Assembly (NCBI RefSeq): GCF_009914755.1
Contig: NC_060940.1
Strand: one strand, 5' to 3'
DNA: 64,000 bases
Source of the DNA: the human T2T-CHM13v2.0 reference genome, Homo sapiens
Below the pieces are notes generated by a model. It did not search any database. It had not been told where the DNA came from and was given only the letters and a program-made list of their open reading frames with translations. The position numbers and the translations under genes were made by a program. This document shows, piece after piece, positions 1-14,758 of this stretch (position 1 is its first letter; each line of letters starts with the position of its first letter).

Positions 1-1
1 G

Positions 2-307
<306 letters not shown>

Positions 308-1135
308 AGTAAAGCTATATTTTTAACTTAGGCCCAGGTTGTGTCGAAGCACACATTCTACTTATTAAATAAACATGTTCCAATAATATTCTCTCATTTT
401 GTATGGAGATGAATAAATTCCTCTTATGCTGAGATTGCAGTAGGTTCTTTGCAAGGAAAGCAAAGGAGGGCAGGAGGTTATGTTCTTCCAGAATTTTTAA
501 GTATAAAGTACAAGGGAGGACATTTAGGAAGCAATTTCTATATTACTATAAGGATGATATTTCTCAAACATAAAACTAATTACACACCATTTTGTTTAAA
601 CAGCTTTGATGTCTCCCTATATCTACAGGACAAAGTCTAAATTATTTAACATGACATGAATTGAACCCACACCCATCTCCTGATCTTCACCTCTAAAATG
701 CTAATGTCTTTGTGTCTTAGTTCCAGCTACATTGAATTACTTAGCTCTTCTAGAATGTGACTTTTTTTTCACTTTTCTAAAATTTTACTCATTCTGATTT
801 TTCTACCTAGAATTTCCTTTCATCCTTTAAAAGGCAAGCACTTATCTATCAAGAATTATTTCAAATACTACCTTCTTCAATAATTCTGTACTTTTTCATC
901 CTTTCTGAAACACACGCATGCTTCCAAAACGCATCAATGGCAGCTCTTTTGTGTATATACTTTCTTCCTGGGTAGATAGAATTTAACTGCCTCAAGGTAT
1001 GTGGTAGAATAGTAGCCATTCAGTTTTTGGTTAATATGCAAAAAACTAAGAAACAAAACAGAGAAAGTGTATGTGAAAATAAAAAATGAAAGCACAAAAT
1101 TAAAACCATTACAAGAAACCATCCAGATACCTCTT

Positions 1136-1213
1136 TTTTTAAAAAAAAATCATAATTTGTATTTTAAGTTCTGAGGTACATGTGCAGGATGTGCAGATTT
1201 GTTAAATAGGTAA
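1136..1213 (-). mobile_element. Extremely 5'-truncated L1PA (older L1PA-type) 3' tip
   Basis: TTTTAAGTTCTGAGGTACATGTGCAGGATGTGCAGATTTGTTAAATAGGTAA is the antisense L1PA 3' terminus; perfect 16-bp TSD CATCCAGATACCTCTT at 1120-1135 and 1214-1229. Confidence 0.9.
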
Positions 1214-2451
1214 CATCCAGATACCTCTTACAGGAGAGCGATAAGATACTCTTTAGTTCATCTAGTGACATTCCAAAGCAAATGCATTCTATAATTATAA
1301 AGATTAGCTAGATGTTATTTTTTGGGGGAGTTAATTTTGAACTGGGCATTTATTGAAACGGTGGATACTTACCAGCAAAAAAAGACACAGGTCTTGTTAG
1401 CTGCTACATATACAAAGAAAGAAATTGCAGTAGAAATTCTACAAACACACTTTACGTATTGCTACAGAGGAAAAGCACAGAGTCCAAATGTGCACCTCAA
1501 ACCTAGCCTATATGATTATCTTTCTCTCTCCCTCTCACACACACGCGCTTTTTAAAAATAGATTTGGCTAATTATGAACACAAGATGACCAATATTCTAC
1601 ACTTTACAACAAAACTTTGAATGCATTTCTTATAGTTCCTACGTGGTTTCTTTCCTCTCTCTTATTTAGCTTGTTATGGTAATAACTGGAATATTCATCC
1701 AGTATCACTTCTGCTTCAGTAAGTTCCCTTGGTTTTTCCCTGGGAAAAACATAATCATACAATTAAAACTCAAAAAATGATACAATAAGCTCCATAAAAG
1801 TATACATATTGAACTGAGACAGGATTAGCTCCTTCTGAAAGTGGTGGGACTTAGTAGGAGAGACATAAGAGTGGACCCCTGGAGGTCTGCTTAGTGGAGC
1901 CTGTCCAAGAGTTGCCACATTGAAAATGAAACAAGGAAAAAAGAAGGAAAATAGCAAAAAATAAAAGTGGTGATACCATGGAGAGGAGTGGAAAAAGAGG
2001 AGGGAGGCTAGAGTAACCTGAAGGAAAACAAATTATATTATTTTCTGTTTCCCCTTCCCAGGACAAAAACTTTGCTCATTCAGGAAACTGGCAAGGATTC
2101 TTTGATTTGGAACTACAAAGAAAGATCAGGTAGACAAACATATTGAGAAGACTCAAAAACACAGCCAGTCTGCAGAGATAAAGAATTATTCCAACAACCT
2201 CCACCCACCACCTGCCCCCATGACAGTTTTGGGGGCATTCACTGTTAGAGATTCACATTAAACGAGATAAACTGGAGAAACATGGGTCTGTGTGTTGAAG
2301 AGGCCCTGGGATGATGGAAACCCTCATGGTTAGTTGAGTGAAGAGGCATGAATACCCTAATGTCAAAACAAGACAGTAAGTGAAGACATGCCAGAAGAAC
2401 TAAGTGTTGCTGTCTGAATGAAGAGAAAAGAGTTGGCTACTGAGATAGTGA

Positions 2452-2851
<400 letters not shown>

Positions 2852-3086
2852 TAAGAAGAGGCTGCACCGTATTGTTTTTAGGAAGTCACAGCTCTGGAAT
2901 CAGACCAAACTAGGCATAAATCTGGTCACTTCTGTATCTTAAGCAGATGATCTTATCCTGTCCGTATCTACAGCTTCATCTTGGGCCACTTTCCAACGTT
3001 TACCATACTTCAGCCTCGCAGGCCTGCTTCCCATCCATTGAGTCCTTCCAGCTACTGACCTTTGCTTTGACCTGAAACCTGAAGCC

Positions 3087-3762
3087 AGCCTGTCAAGTAG
3101 ATCCATAATGTGAGTGACAAATCCAAGTTCCTTGTGTAATTATACATTTTATTACAGCTGCATTAAAAAATTAAATAGGAAACTGTATTGGTCCATTTTC
3201 ACACAGCTATAGAGATACTACCTGAGACTGGGTGATTTATAAAGAAAGGACTCACAGTTCTGCATGGCTCGGGAGGCCTCAGAAAATGTACAATCATCAC
3301 AGATGCAAAGGGGAAGCAAGGCAAGTCTTATATGGTGGCAGGGGAGAGAGAGAGAGGGAGAGGGAGAGCACAGGGGAAACTGCCATTTATAAAATCAGCA
3401 GATCTTGTGAGAACTCCCTCATTATCAGGAGAATAGCATGGGAAAAACTGCTCCCATGATCCCATCATCTCCCGACAGGTCCCTCCTTCGACATGTGGAG
3501 ATTACAATTCAAGAGAGATTTGCGTGAGGCCACAGAGCCAAACCAAATCAGAAAGTTACTTCTAATACATTTTATTTAACACACTATGTCGAAAACATCA
3601 GCATTTTAACCTGTAATCCATATTAAAAGTGAGGTATTGACTAGGTATTATTTTAGGTTCTTTTTATTTCTTCTTAAGATTTAGAAATTTGTTGTGTATT
3701 TCACACTAACACACACCTGCACTTATGCTAGCCACATTTCATGTCCTGCATCAGACAGTGTA
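3087..3762 (+). mobile_element. MER33-like hAT-Charlie MITE, split by the LTR at 3184-3550
   Basis: Collinear similarity to MER33 on both sides of the LTR: GTAATT..CATTAAAAAA..AAAC before; TTTTATTTAAC, GTGTATTTCACACT, CTAGCCACATTTCA after. Confidence 0.65.
3184..3550 (-). mobile_element. MaLR solo LTR (THE1D/MSTA-like)
   Basis: TGTATTGGTCCATTTTCAC...CTGAGACTGGGTGATTTATAAAG...AGCCAAACCAAATCA; 5-bp TSD GAAAC/GAAAG. Confidence 0.9.
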
Positions 3763-3792
3763 GATTCAACCCTTGCTTTTTTAATTCTCTTC

Positions 3793-4216
3793 TGCTATGG
3801 TTTGAGGATTCCCTCCAAATCTCATGTTGTAATTTTGTCCCCAAGGTGGCAGTATTGAGAAGCAGGACCTTTAAGAGGTGACTGGGTCATGAGGGGTCTG
3901 CCTTCATGAAAGGATCAATCCATTCATGGACTAATGGAAGAAAGGGTTATCATGGGAGGGGAACCTGTGGCTTTATAAGATATGGAAGAGAGACCTAAGC
4001 TAGGATGTTAGCATGCTCAGCTCCTTTGCTGTGTCATGTCCTGTGCTGCCTCAGTACTCTGCAGAGATTCTCCACCAGCAAGAAGGCTCTTACCTGATGC
4101 AGCCTCTTGACCTTGGACTTCTCAGATCCCATAATGGTAACAAATAAATTCCTTTTCCCTATAAATTACTCAGTTTCAGGTATTCTGTTATAAGCAATAG
4201 GAAACAGGCTAAGACA
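3793..4216 (+). mobile_element. MaLR solo LTR (MSTC-like)
   Basis: TGCTATGGTTTG start, AATAAATTCC poly-A signal, GGTATTCTGTTATAAGCAA..CTAAGACA end; TSD TCTTC/TTTTC. Confidence 0.88.
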
Positions 4217-4519
4217 TTTTCCCTCCACTTTTGCTTGGACAGCTGTTCTAATCTACTAGAATGACTTAGAGAAAAGCTGCACTTTCAGAACAGAATTTGC
4301 CTTCGTATTATGTACTCCATGGTACCCTATAATCCTTGATTATAGCGATTTCATGCTAATGAATTACTCGTGCTGCAATCAGTTTAAAAGCTGTTATCCT
4401 CATTAGATTGAAGGCTCCAGGACTACTCCTTTTATAGGTATCCTTATATCCCCAATGCTTACATAATGCCCAATAAGAGGAGGTATTTGACTAATGTCTG
4501 CTGACTAATCATTATCTAG

Positions 4520-4660
4520 TACCTTGGAGCCTTTATTTTCTCATCTGTAAAGTGGGAATAAAATAACAACCCTACTTCATAGAGTTATTGTGAGGATTAA
4601 ATATGTTCACATATGTGTATGTGTGTGTGTACTTATAATCATGGCTGGAATATCATAGCT
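4520..4660 (+). mobile_element. MIR fragment
   Basis: MIR core CTCATCTGTAAAGTGGGAATA..CCTACTTCATAGAGTTATTGTGAGGATTAAAT. Confidence 0.75.
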
Positions 4661-4741
4661 GCTATATAGTATCTAGCTCATGGTAACAGTTGCAGCAGAC
4701 CTTCTACCCCTAACTTTGTGATGGTTAAGAATGTGCTGAGG

Positions 4742-4866
4742 CACCAACATGGCACATGTATACATATGTAACAAACCTGCACGTTGTGCACATGTACCCT
4801 AAAACTTAAAGTATAGTAAAATTTAAAAAAATTTTCAAAAACGAAAAAACAAAAACAAAACAAAAA
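4742..4866 (+). mobile_element. Extremely 5'-truncated L1PA3/4-like 3' tip with A-rich tail
   Basis: CACCAACATGGCACATGTATACATATGTAACAAACCTGCACGTTGTGCACATGTACCCTAAAACTTAAAG; perfect 15-bp TSD AAGAATGTGCTGAGG at 4727-4741 and 4867-4881; TT/AAGA endonuclease-type site. Confidence 0.95.
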
Positions 4867-5627
4867 AAGAATGTGCTGAGGAGTGTGTCTGGCATATGAC
4901 GGGTGACTTAAATTATTTTTAGGCTTAGTCTATTTATTATTTAATATATGTGTTAAATAATATATTATATTAATTAAATCTCTTAGTATTGCTTTGGAGT
5001 CCCTGCTTTGGACATGACATTCTTAAGAGATCCAAGAAAATAAAGAGGATGCCTCATTTTGGAACAGTCTGCATACTTAATTACTAGAAATAGCAGAAAA
5101 AGGGCATTGATTAGGGTTCACATGAGATTGTCTAGTGAGTATGGTTAGGAAGTAAGACCATTTGTTTGTAAACCAGAATTTCTAGATTCTAGTATTTCTA
5201 CTTCTATTAATATATTATATGATTTAGTAAGGTATTTAAGTTTCTATATTTTTATTTGCCCAATGAGAAGTAAGATTAGCGATTCTTCATTGCCTAAATT
5301 TCGGTCAGCCAAGAACATGTGTACCCATAATTGGTCCTTTTCTTAGCCCCCTTGCAGAGACACAGCCTGCTGGCCAGCTTATTGTACTCTCTTTTCATTT
5401 CCCTTACTCCTTTAATCAGAAATAGAGACGTGACAATGTTGAGTCTCCTGTGGACTAAAGTGGACTGGGAAACACTGGGCTACACCATAAAAGGCCTGTC
5501 TGGCAAATGCTAATAATCCATATTACATATTCAGTCCTTGTAACGTAAAAACAGAAATCTACAGAACAAAATAATTGTACATATAACCCAGTGCCCAGAT
5601 GAGTATTTAAAAGCCTTTTTTAAAGCA

Positions 5628-6020
5628 CTTTAAGGAATCTCCACACTGTTTTCTCCATAGAAGTTGTACTAGTTTACATTTCCACAAGCAGTGTAGAAGT
5701 GTTCCCTTTTCACCGCATTCACACCAATATCTATTATTTTTTTCTTTTTTGATTATGGCCATTCTTGAGTAAGGTGGTATCACATTGTGGTTTTGATTTG
5801 CATTTTCCTGATCATTAGTGTTGTTGAGCATTTTTTCATGTGTTTCTTGGCCATTTGTGTATCTTCTTTTGAGAATTATCTATTCGTGTCCTTAGCCCAC
5901 TTTTTGACGGGATTGTTTTTTTTCTAGCTAATTTGTTTGAGTTCCTCATAGATTCTAGATATTAGTCCTTTTTGGATGTATAGATTGCAAAGATTTTCTC
6001 CCACTCTGTGGGTTGTTTAC
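5628..6020 (-). mobile_element. L1 (L1PB/L1MA-like) internal fragment from the 3' end of ORF2
   Basis: TTGTGGTTTTGATTTGCATTT..TTGAGCATTTTTTCATG..TTTTCTCCCACTCTGTGGGTTG; ORF 5607..5831 reads as an ORF2p C-terminal remnant (RMAIIKK..GTLLHCLWKCKLVQ). Confidence 0.9.
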
Positions 6021-9000
6021 TAAAGCAAACGATAGCCCTCAAGGGGGGTGTTATATACAACTCACTATGAAGAACTTAGTAATGTCAATAATTTTTTGTT
6101 CTGAACAGACATCTGATATGCTTAATGATTTCTACAATAAAAAGATGGTTGCATGGTGGAATTTTCCTTACTGAGGTTCAGTGTAGTTAGAATGGTGAAG
6201 AGAGACATAGAGAGCCTACAGGGTTGCAGGTAGGTGTGGCAATTCTTCTAAATTGTAGCTCAAATTACAACCAAGAGAAAACCTAATGGTTTCATCAAGA
6301 AAGTCAAGACAAAATGGGATTTCAGAGCAAGGAAGGCAAGAAACTAGAGACACATGGAAGAGAAGAAAGGAAAGCAAGCAGGCGGTGGAGAATGGTTGTT
6401 GTCCATATTTGGTATGAGATGGCTTTGTATGTGTGTGTCTCAAAGAAAAGAGACAAGGCAGATTAATCATGCATTATTCAAGGGTAAGGAATGAGATGCA
6501 GTCAGATGTGAGTTAGGTTGAATTCCAAAGCCGCTATTTAATAGTTGTGTGACCTTTGTTTACTTACTTAAGCTAGTAAGCTTACACATTCTCACCTATA
6601 AAGTAGGGGAAAATACCTATATTAAACATTTGTATCCGTTAATTTGGTTTTGCTTTGCTTTTTATCTTTGGATCATTAAATGGCACAGAATAGATATAAA
6701 CTATAGTACCTTTCTGTCCCCTTCTTTCATTCATCTGAATGTTATTGTGCTTGTACAATTCTGCATTTAGCTTGACCAATCTTCTGTAGATTTCACATGG
6801 GACACTTAGGCATACAAGCCAGATTAAAGAGAAAAAATATGTCAAAATTGCAATGATGTCTGCTTGTGTGTGTGTGTGTGTGTGTTGGGAAAATTTAAGG
6901 TACTGATTAAAACTTCCCATTTCTTGACTAATTATTGATCAATTTTCTAGACTTTTAGATACCCTTAAAATATTTTCACTCTTAGGAATTTGTGCATACA
7001 GATGACTATTTAGGGCTACATAGAAGAAACAATTTCTGCTGCCAAATGTACCCATTTTTTGTGTGGAAAAAGATCACATTTTAATATTCCTGAAGTTACA
7101 AGATCACAAGTGCTGGGGATGCATATGACTGACATGAAACTCACTGAACAAGTAAAGGCATTGCTAAGTAATTGAGTCTTCAACAATTAAAGCTGAGCTT
7201 TGCTGGCATACTGGCTAGATTGAACAAATCCAGGATACAGCATACATTGACCAGATCCTTGCCACCTATAGATATTAATTAACCTTTCATTTAATTTTAG
7301 GCAGCTCTGAATTTTCTGAGTGTGAACATTGTTATTCATAATAAACATTTATAATATTATGTAGTATACGGAAAAAATGAACGGGGAAAGAAATAATTAT
7401 TTTTTAAATTGCAGCTTACTAACTCTCTCTGGAAAGCTGTCTGTGGTCTCTGAACCCATGTTTATCTGAAGTTTTAATCTCTGACATGCCTATGTCATAA
7501 AAGAGTTGTGAGTTATCATATGAAAATAAAAATATACCATATTGTATAATGAATGGTGAGATTATAAAGAGGTGTTATCCTCAATCTAATTTTACAAGGA
7601 TCTATTGTTTCAGCTCACCCATGTCATTAATTGTGGAAACTTGTTCATTCATTTAGCATATACCTATTGAGCCTCTACTCCATTTTAAGTGGAGCAGGCA
7701 CACCAAATTTATTTTAATAAGAAAACCATATTCAATAGATAATTCTGAGTATATTTAGTACCAAAAAAGAAAAGTGCAGCTACTGCGGGATATTTTTGAG
7801 GAAAACTTCTAGGTCATTTGTCCAAGGTGATGCTACAGTGTGGGTGGAGAAGGAGATAATAAACATTTGAGGAGAGTGGAGAGTTATAATATAGTCATAG
7901 AGAATGGGAAAGCAATAAAATGAAAGGAAGATAAAGCAAGATTGTTAGATTGTTACAAACCAATTACATTTTGGTAACCATTAATTTATAATTAGATCAA
8001 CTCACTGTTGGACTTTTGGGTTTCATAGAGCCAATCAGTACAGTTTTAATAAATCAGTTTCAAGGCATTGTATAGAATGTCTCACTCTATGGTGATTTTT
8101 AAGGTGTCAGAGTTTAGCAATTTAATTGCAAGATGGTGATTAGAAGGCAGATGAAGTTGTGTCAAGGACTATGTCAATTGCTTTAAACTTGAGGTTTTTT
8201 TTTTTTCTAGTCATTACTCATAGCAACCCAATAATGTTGATATTATTTCTGAAATGTTATGTATGATAGAAACAAAGCTTAGTAGAGTTAAGCAACGTTC
8301 CCAAGATCACAAATGACAAGAGCCAGGGATGAAATCAGATGAACTCATGCCTCAAGTTTATACTTTCTTTCACTATGTTGTCTCTCTAAGGGGCATGTTT
8401 TTCATTATTCTGCAATGAGTAAAATTCTGATATGCACTGTGCCTGGAAGATGACAACACTTGTCCTCCAAAATGTCTCTTAGTCGACAAGGCTGCATTTC
8501 TTCAAAGACTTGTGCAAATATGTGGCGATGTCTGCAGTGCTGTTCCATGAAGCATGAGAAAGGTGACCTTGGCATGGGAGGGTTTGAAGACAGGCATTTC
8601 TCAACATTTGCATCTGCACTGAAAGCCCCTGGAAATGGCCCCTGCAGACCACCAGATTTTGAGCATGACCACATTTTGATAGACCTGCCTGAATACATTA
8701 ACTACAAAACACTGTTGGGATTGACCTACTGACCTGATTAGTGGCTTGGCTCAACATTATCCATCTGGAAGCTGAAGCGTGTCTGCCAAACACAATGGTC
8801 AGAGTGTTGGCAGGGCTGAAATTGAGCTGTTCTTCCTAATGGTGCCTTGCTAACAGGTTCATTTACCTCCTAGGACCACTACTTGAATATTACAGTTATG
8901 TCATGCTTGGTGGGGTGGAAAATACAAAGGATCTGAAGCTAAACACACTAGAGTGTGAATTGATTTGACTGCTTAATAGTTTGTCAATTACAGTGTCACC

Positions 9001-12000
9001 TTAAGTCTCAGGTTTCTGTTTTTGATTTGTGTTGTTTTCTAATCTGTGAAATGGGGACAATGATTTCTCTCTCATAGAGTTGTTTTGAGCATCAGAGATA
9101 GTGCCCTGTAATACAAGTAGAAAACATTTTTTGGACGTTCATTATTGCACAACATTGTATCAGGTACTTTACAGAGAATAACATTTAATTGGGAAAAGAA
9201 CATTACTTAGGCCTCATTATTATCTCAACTTTAAAGAAGTGGAAACAAAGGTTAGAGACGTAAAATTTCCTTCCTTACGCAACAATCTAAGCAACACCAG
9301 GAGTAGAATTTGGTTTCAGTAGATTATGATTCACCATTTGCCACTGTTGTCTTTGCTGCCTTCTGGTTTGGGGAACTGGCTAGAGATCACTCAGCAAAAT
9401 GTCAAATGACATAGGCAAAAGCTTCAGAAAGTTGGCCTAGATATAGTTTACATCACTTAGTGCTCAACTCGTTGCAAACGTGACAGAGAAAAATGCTAAC
9501 TGGTCTACTGCGATCCTCAGCTGCCGTCAATTATGTTGAGCTTCCTTTAGACAGTGAACTGATGGAGTCACTTAAGTGCAAAGTAATTTACCATTCACTA
9601 GGCTAAATGTTTTGCAGAAGAGGTCTCTATTGATGTTCATTATCCCTAAAGTGTGTCCCTTTGGTGACAGATGAATTAAACATGAGAACTCTTCTTAAAG
9701 CATAAAAATTGCCCCAAACAATGTTCTCCAAAGGGAAATGCAGACCTATTTGATTGTGTTTGTGTATGTGTGTGGTATGTAGTGCTCTCAGTTTGTTTAA
9801 TAAGAGAATCCACCTGCTCAGACTCATTCTCTTAAATATGCACTGTACTAAAAAATTATTCTTGAGACAAATTAAGAACATGGACAAAATGAATTGTCAT
9901 AGTTCACGTAGTATATTTCCAGAAGCATCAAAAGCATTAGATGAAGCAGGGTGTTTACTACAAACGAACCACAAATAGATCTCAAATCTAAATTTGTTTA
10001 CAAATGTACTAAGATCTTTATTAAACCTATTTCTAATTTTGATTAAATCTAATATCAGTAAAGACCAAGTATAAGTTTCCATTTTATGAAAGAAAACATC
10101 AGGGTCAAGACTTCAACTGTTGTTGAAAAATGAATTCTGCCTGACTCAGAAATGCACCCACCATTCCATTAACTTGATAGGCAACTTTGAACAAACTATC
10201 AACCTCAGTAAACTTGGAGTTGGGCATTTATTTATTAAATGAGGGGGTTTAATTGCATGATTGAAGGAGGAAAGTTTTAAGCAAAAATAATTTTGTGAAT
10301 TTGAGGGTCCGGATGTTATCTCTGCCGCTTACTGGCTGTTTCCCCATCTATAAATAAGAAAATACTTTTGTAATTTGGGAGATGTGAAGGTGAATTCATA
10401 CTATACGTGCAAAGACTTGATGCAACATAAGTAATTAGTAAATACCACTTCTCTTTCCTTCAAAATCTTAAATTCCACAATTTCACAATTTTATAATTCT
10501 AAACCCATGAGACCAGAGATCTTGATTTTCATGGGAATATCACTTAAGTTCCTTGGGCCTCACTTTCAACACAAATCTAATAAGGAAATTAGCTCTCTAT
10601 TGTGAAGAAGGTTTCAACTCCTCTGATGCACTGGTAATGACCTCTGGAACATTCTGCTGAAAATATTTCCAAGGCAATGTGAAGACCCTATAGAATAAAA
10701 ATGCTGTATGAATAAATCTGTCAAGAAGCAGGCATGCCACATATGTTCCATTCAGGAATAGATGATTCATAATATTACCTCCAGGATTAAAGTCCAGGGT
10801 GATGGAATTTGTTGAAGCTTGCATAGGAAATCAAGTTTCAAAGAAAGATGATGTATTCCATTAGTCCTAGCGCAGTGACAAGATGATGTCATAAACAGAC
10901 ATTAAACAAAACACACATGACATGCTGAGGCCTGTGCTGGGGTTAGTGGATGATACAAATTTAAGGAAAATCTCTGTCTTCAAAAAGCATACTATCTACT
11001 GAAGATTAATTAATGAGTGTATAGACTTACAGGAGTCTCTGCATGAAGGCATCAACAATGTCCACAAGTGCGCTTATGCTCATGGAATGGACATTTACAA
11101 ACACACTAGAAAAAAATGTTTCTACCAAATGTGTAATAATTTAGAGTTAATGAGAATTTTTATGTGCCTGACACTAAGTTAAATTCAAGAACTCATATAA
11201 CCCCACTATAAATCATAAATCAGGTAATATTGTAATTCCTATTTAATGTATTTTTAAACTGAAGTTTAGAAAGGTTGAGGAATGTGTCCAAGTATATATT
11301 CAAGTGATGGCTTGAAGCAAGATTTGCTTGCCAACAAGTTGGTTCCTTTTACACACAATGTAAAATTTCTCTTCATAAAGATGGAATGGATGCTTCTGTG
11401 ATAGAAGAGACCCACCTGCATCGCAGGTGCCCATTTAAAGGCTAGAAGACCAATTTTCCCTTTGGTATTTTGGTGCTTCACAAGAAAAACAAAATAAGAG
11501 AAAAACATTTCTAATATCTTTTAAAAATTTTTTCAAGATACATATTTTAGTTAAAAAATTAAAACTGAAAAGGGGTCCAGAGAGATCTAAGTAAGCTACT
11601 CTTAATTTTCAAATTGAGAGAACAAAAAAGGAAGCAAAAACAAAGTAGAGCCCAGTCTCAGAATGAGAGGACAACTTCCAAACATGATCAAAAAGGTAGT
11701 CACCAGCCATCTATCAGGAAATTGGCTCTTTTCCTGAACTCCTGCAATTTTACCGCACTTGAGCACTGTGTTGATGATACCATTTACAACATGGATGAGA
11801 TGCAAATGTATTGAAAATTTCTAGTTCTGGAAGTACTGTTGGTTATCTAGATTTCATTCTCAGGGATTGGCACATTGGAAGAAAAACAATGTTCCGAGAT
11901 AAAGCAAAGGGCAGCAGTATATTGGTCCAATTAATTTGAGTTTTTGCTTTGAAGGAAGTCCGAAGAAATTAAGCTTTAAAAAAAAAAGACATCAAAAATT

Positions 12001-12322
12001 CCAACCCAACACCACAAATGTGCAGCGGGATAGAAAAGTTTAGCGATAAGTTAGGGTAGAATATGCTAAAGAAGAGATGCTAAGAGAAAAAGGTACATTG
12101 CTATTAACATCCATGGCCATCCAAGCTAAGAATATTCATGTGGAGAACGCTACAAAATAATTGAGTCCCTGTAGTTTGACAAATTAAGTGGAGACCATTA
12201 AAACAGTAGCATTGCTATCAGGGCAGAGAAAGAAAGTGTAAGACATTGTCCAATCTCTGGACAAGTATTTGACTCATAGATCCAAATTTAATTCATCCCT
12301 GGCCTAAGTACTTATTTTGGTG

Positions 12323-12463
12323 ATATATATATATGTAGATATAGATATAGATATAGCTATATCTATATGGTGATATATATATAGATATATAGATATAGAT
12401 ATAGACATATAGATATATATAGATATAGATATAGATATATAGATATATATATAGATAGATATA
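12323..12463. repeat. (TA)n/(TAGATA)n compound microsatellite
   Basis: Direct reading of ATATAG/ATAT units. Confidence 0.95.
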
Positions 12464-14549
12464 GCGTTTCATCAAATAGATTCAGGTGCAGGGAACTTGA
12501 CTGAGATCCTACATCTGAAATATTAAGGACCCTTTGTCTCAAATATATGAGGTGTCCAGGAACAACTACAGTAAGGACTAGATTATCAAGATGGCTTACT
12601 TACTAGTGAGTCATCAAAGTATAAAACAATGGCCTTTTTTAAGCCTACCCTATAGTCATAGGGTTAAGACTTCATTAAGTCTACATTTGGGGACTTGCAG
12701 CCCCAGGAGGAATAAGAGTTGGAAGTCAAGGGTAAAGCATGAAGAGATGCTGACTAGCAGTAGTGCATTTATTACTGTATTGTGAAATAGTCATTCCTAG
12801 TTTTTACTATGAGAATTGCACTTAATGCTAAGTTTCTGTGTTCTAAGGTTTAATTAGAATCTGTTTCTGTAATAGTGTATGAAATGAACTTTATGCTCAC
12901 ATAAGAATCTCAAATAATAAGTAATCATCCAAGAAATTGAATTTTCTATGATAAAATAAAAATGGTCATTTCAGTTATAGCATGAACCTTAGATCCAGAT
13001 GAAACTTAGAGAGAGGCAGTCTTTTTCTGCCCCATCATGTCACAGTGAAACATCTATAGAATAGAGAAGGTAGAGGACTCATTTAAGGTCACACAACTGC
13101 TTGGTGGGGCAAGGATCATGTCCTGGTTTTCTAAATGATTATTTCCCCCAACAGATATCATATCATCAAATTTGTCAAAACTACCACTATTTTTCTATCT
13201 CCCAAAATGAACCATCCTTTAATTGTCCATTTCCCTGTCTCCCTGTAGCTCTTCACTTGAGTAATTACTTAGAACCTATCCCCTTCAATGTCTCCCCCAG
13301 GAGGATTTTATTCCCTCTTATCTTGACCATGCTAATAACATCAACAGGTCTAGCAGCTAATGCTTTTCTCTTTCAACCTAGTGAAGGCACTTTTATTACC
13401 ATGGATAAGGTGGCTTTCTAAAGAAGAATAAGGCACTTTCCCAAGAATATGGTAAAATCAATCTTAGAAAAAAAATATTTAGGACTATAACACATCTGCA
13501 AAATCAATTTTCCTGACATGTAATTTTAATCATATAATTTTCCTAGTCCACAACTTTCAACATCTTCTAATTGCCAAATAAATTGTCATAATTTATCATT
13601 CTGCTATTCAAGAACTCCCCAACATTGACTGATCTATCCTTTGAGCCATTTCCTCAATTCTGCCTCCGAGCCCTAGAATCTCTACTGTGATTAACCGAGT
13701 GGTATCCAAGTTTGTTATCTGTAATGTCCATCTTCACGCTTTAAACTTTTAAAGTAATCAATACATATGTAGTAAAATAAATGGAAAAATAGAGCTGGTG
13801 ATTCTGCCACATTTGTAAATTAATGCAGAAGTATTTTAGTTTGTTAGTTTATTTCAGAGTTTGTCTAGGAACGGATTACTTCTATATGAATGATTAGTGG
13901 TTCCAAGTTTCCAAAACTGATGACCAAGCTCTTGATCACAAATTGCACCATTAATGTGCAGCAGGCACTAATCAGTGATAGCCGTCACTTATATTTTCTA
14001 TGTCAGCTTGTTCTCCGTGGATACATAGGGGGTTATAAATCTTGGAAGTATATTTTATAGCTGGAAGACTGGTGTTAGATCCAATTTTGATAGCCAGAAA
14101 GGATGCAATATTTAAAATGTGACCTTGTCAGGGGAAATTCTCCAAAGCTGAAGAATGAGAGGTTAGGCACAATTGCCTTTATGTTTTCTTTATTTAGTAT
14201 TTCCATCAGAAACTTTGGAATTTTAAAATAATATTCAGTCTCAGAAACTTTTTATAAATGAAGAGCATTATTGGGGAAGGGCATTTGGAAAATATCAAAT
14301 CTAGCTTTCTTTTAATAAACTCATCGGTGTAGACACATGTATGTTGAAATTGGCATGTTTTGGAGGGTCAGATAGACATGGTTTAAATGGAATTATAATA
14401 ACCTAATTTCTTCATGAAAAAATTACTAAAATGAAATTAGAAGATACAAACAACCAACATGTAGTAAAATGATAGCTTCCCCTCAGCTACTGGCCCTCTT
14501 TTCTTTCTCTTTCAGTCTAGGGATGGATATATTTTATGTATAAATATTA

Positions 14550-14758
<209 letters not shown>

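Noticed and set aside
8405-8732. Overlapping 97-aa (-) and 90-aa (+) ORFs in unique sequence
   Set aside because: No recognisable homology or splice context; lengths are within chance expectation for a 64 kb window.
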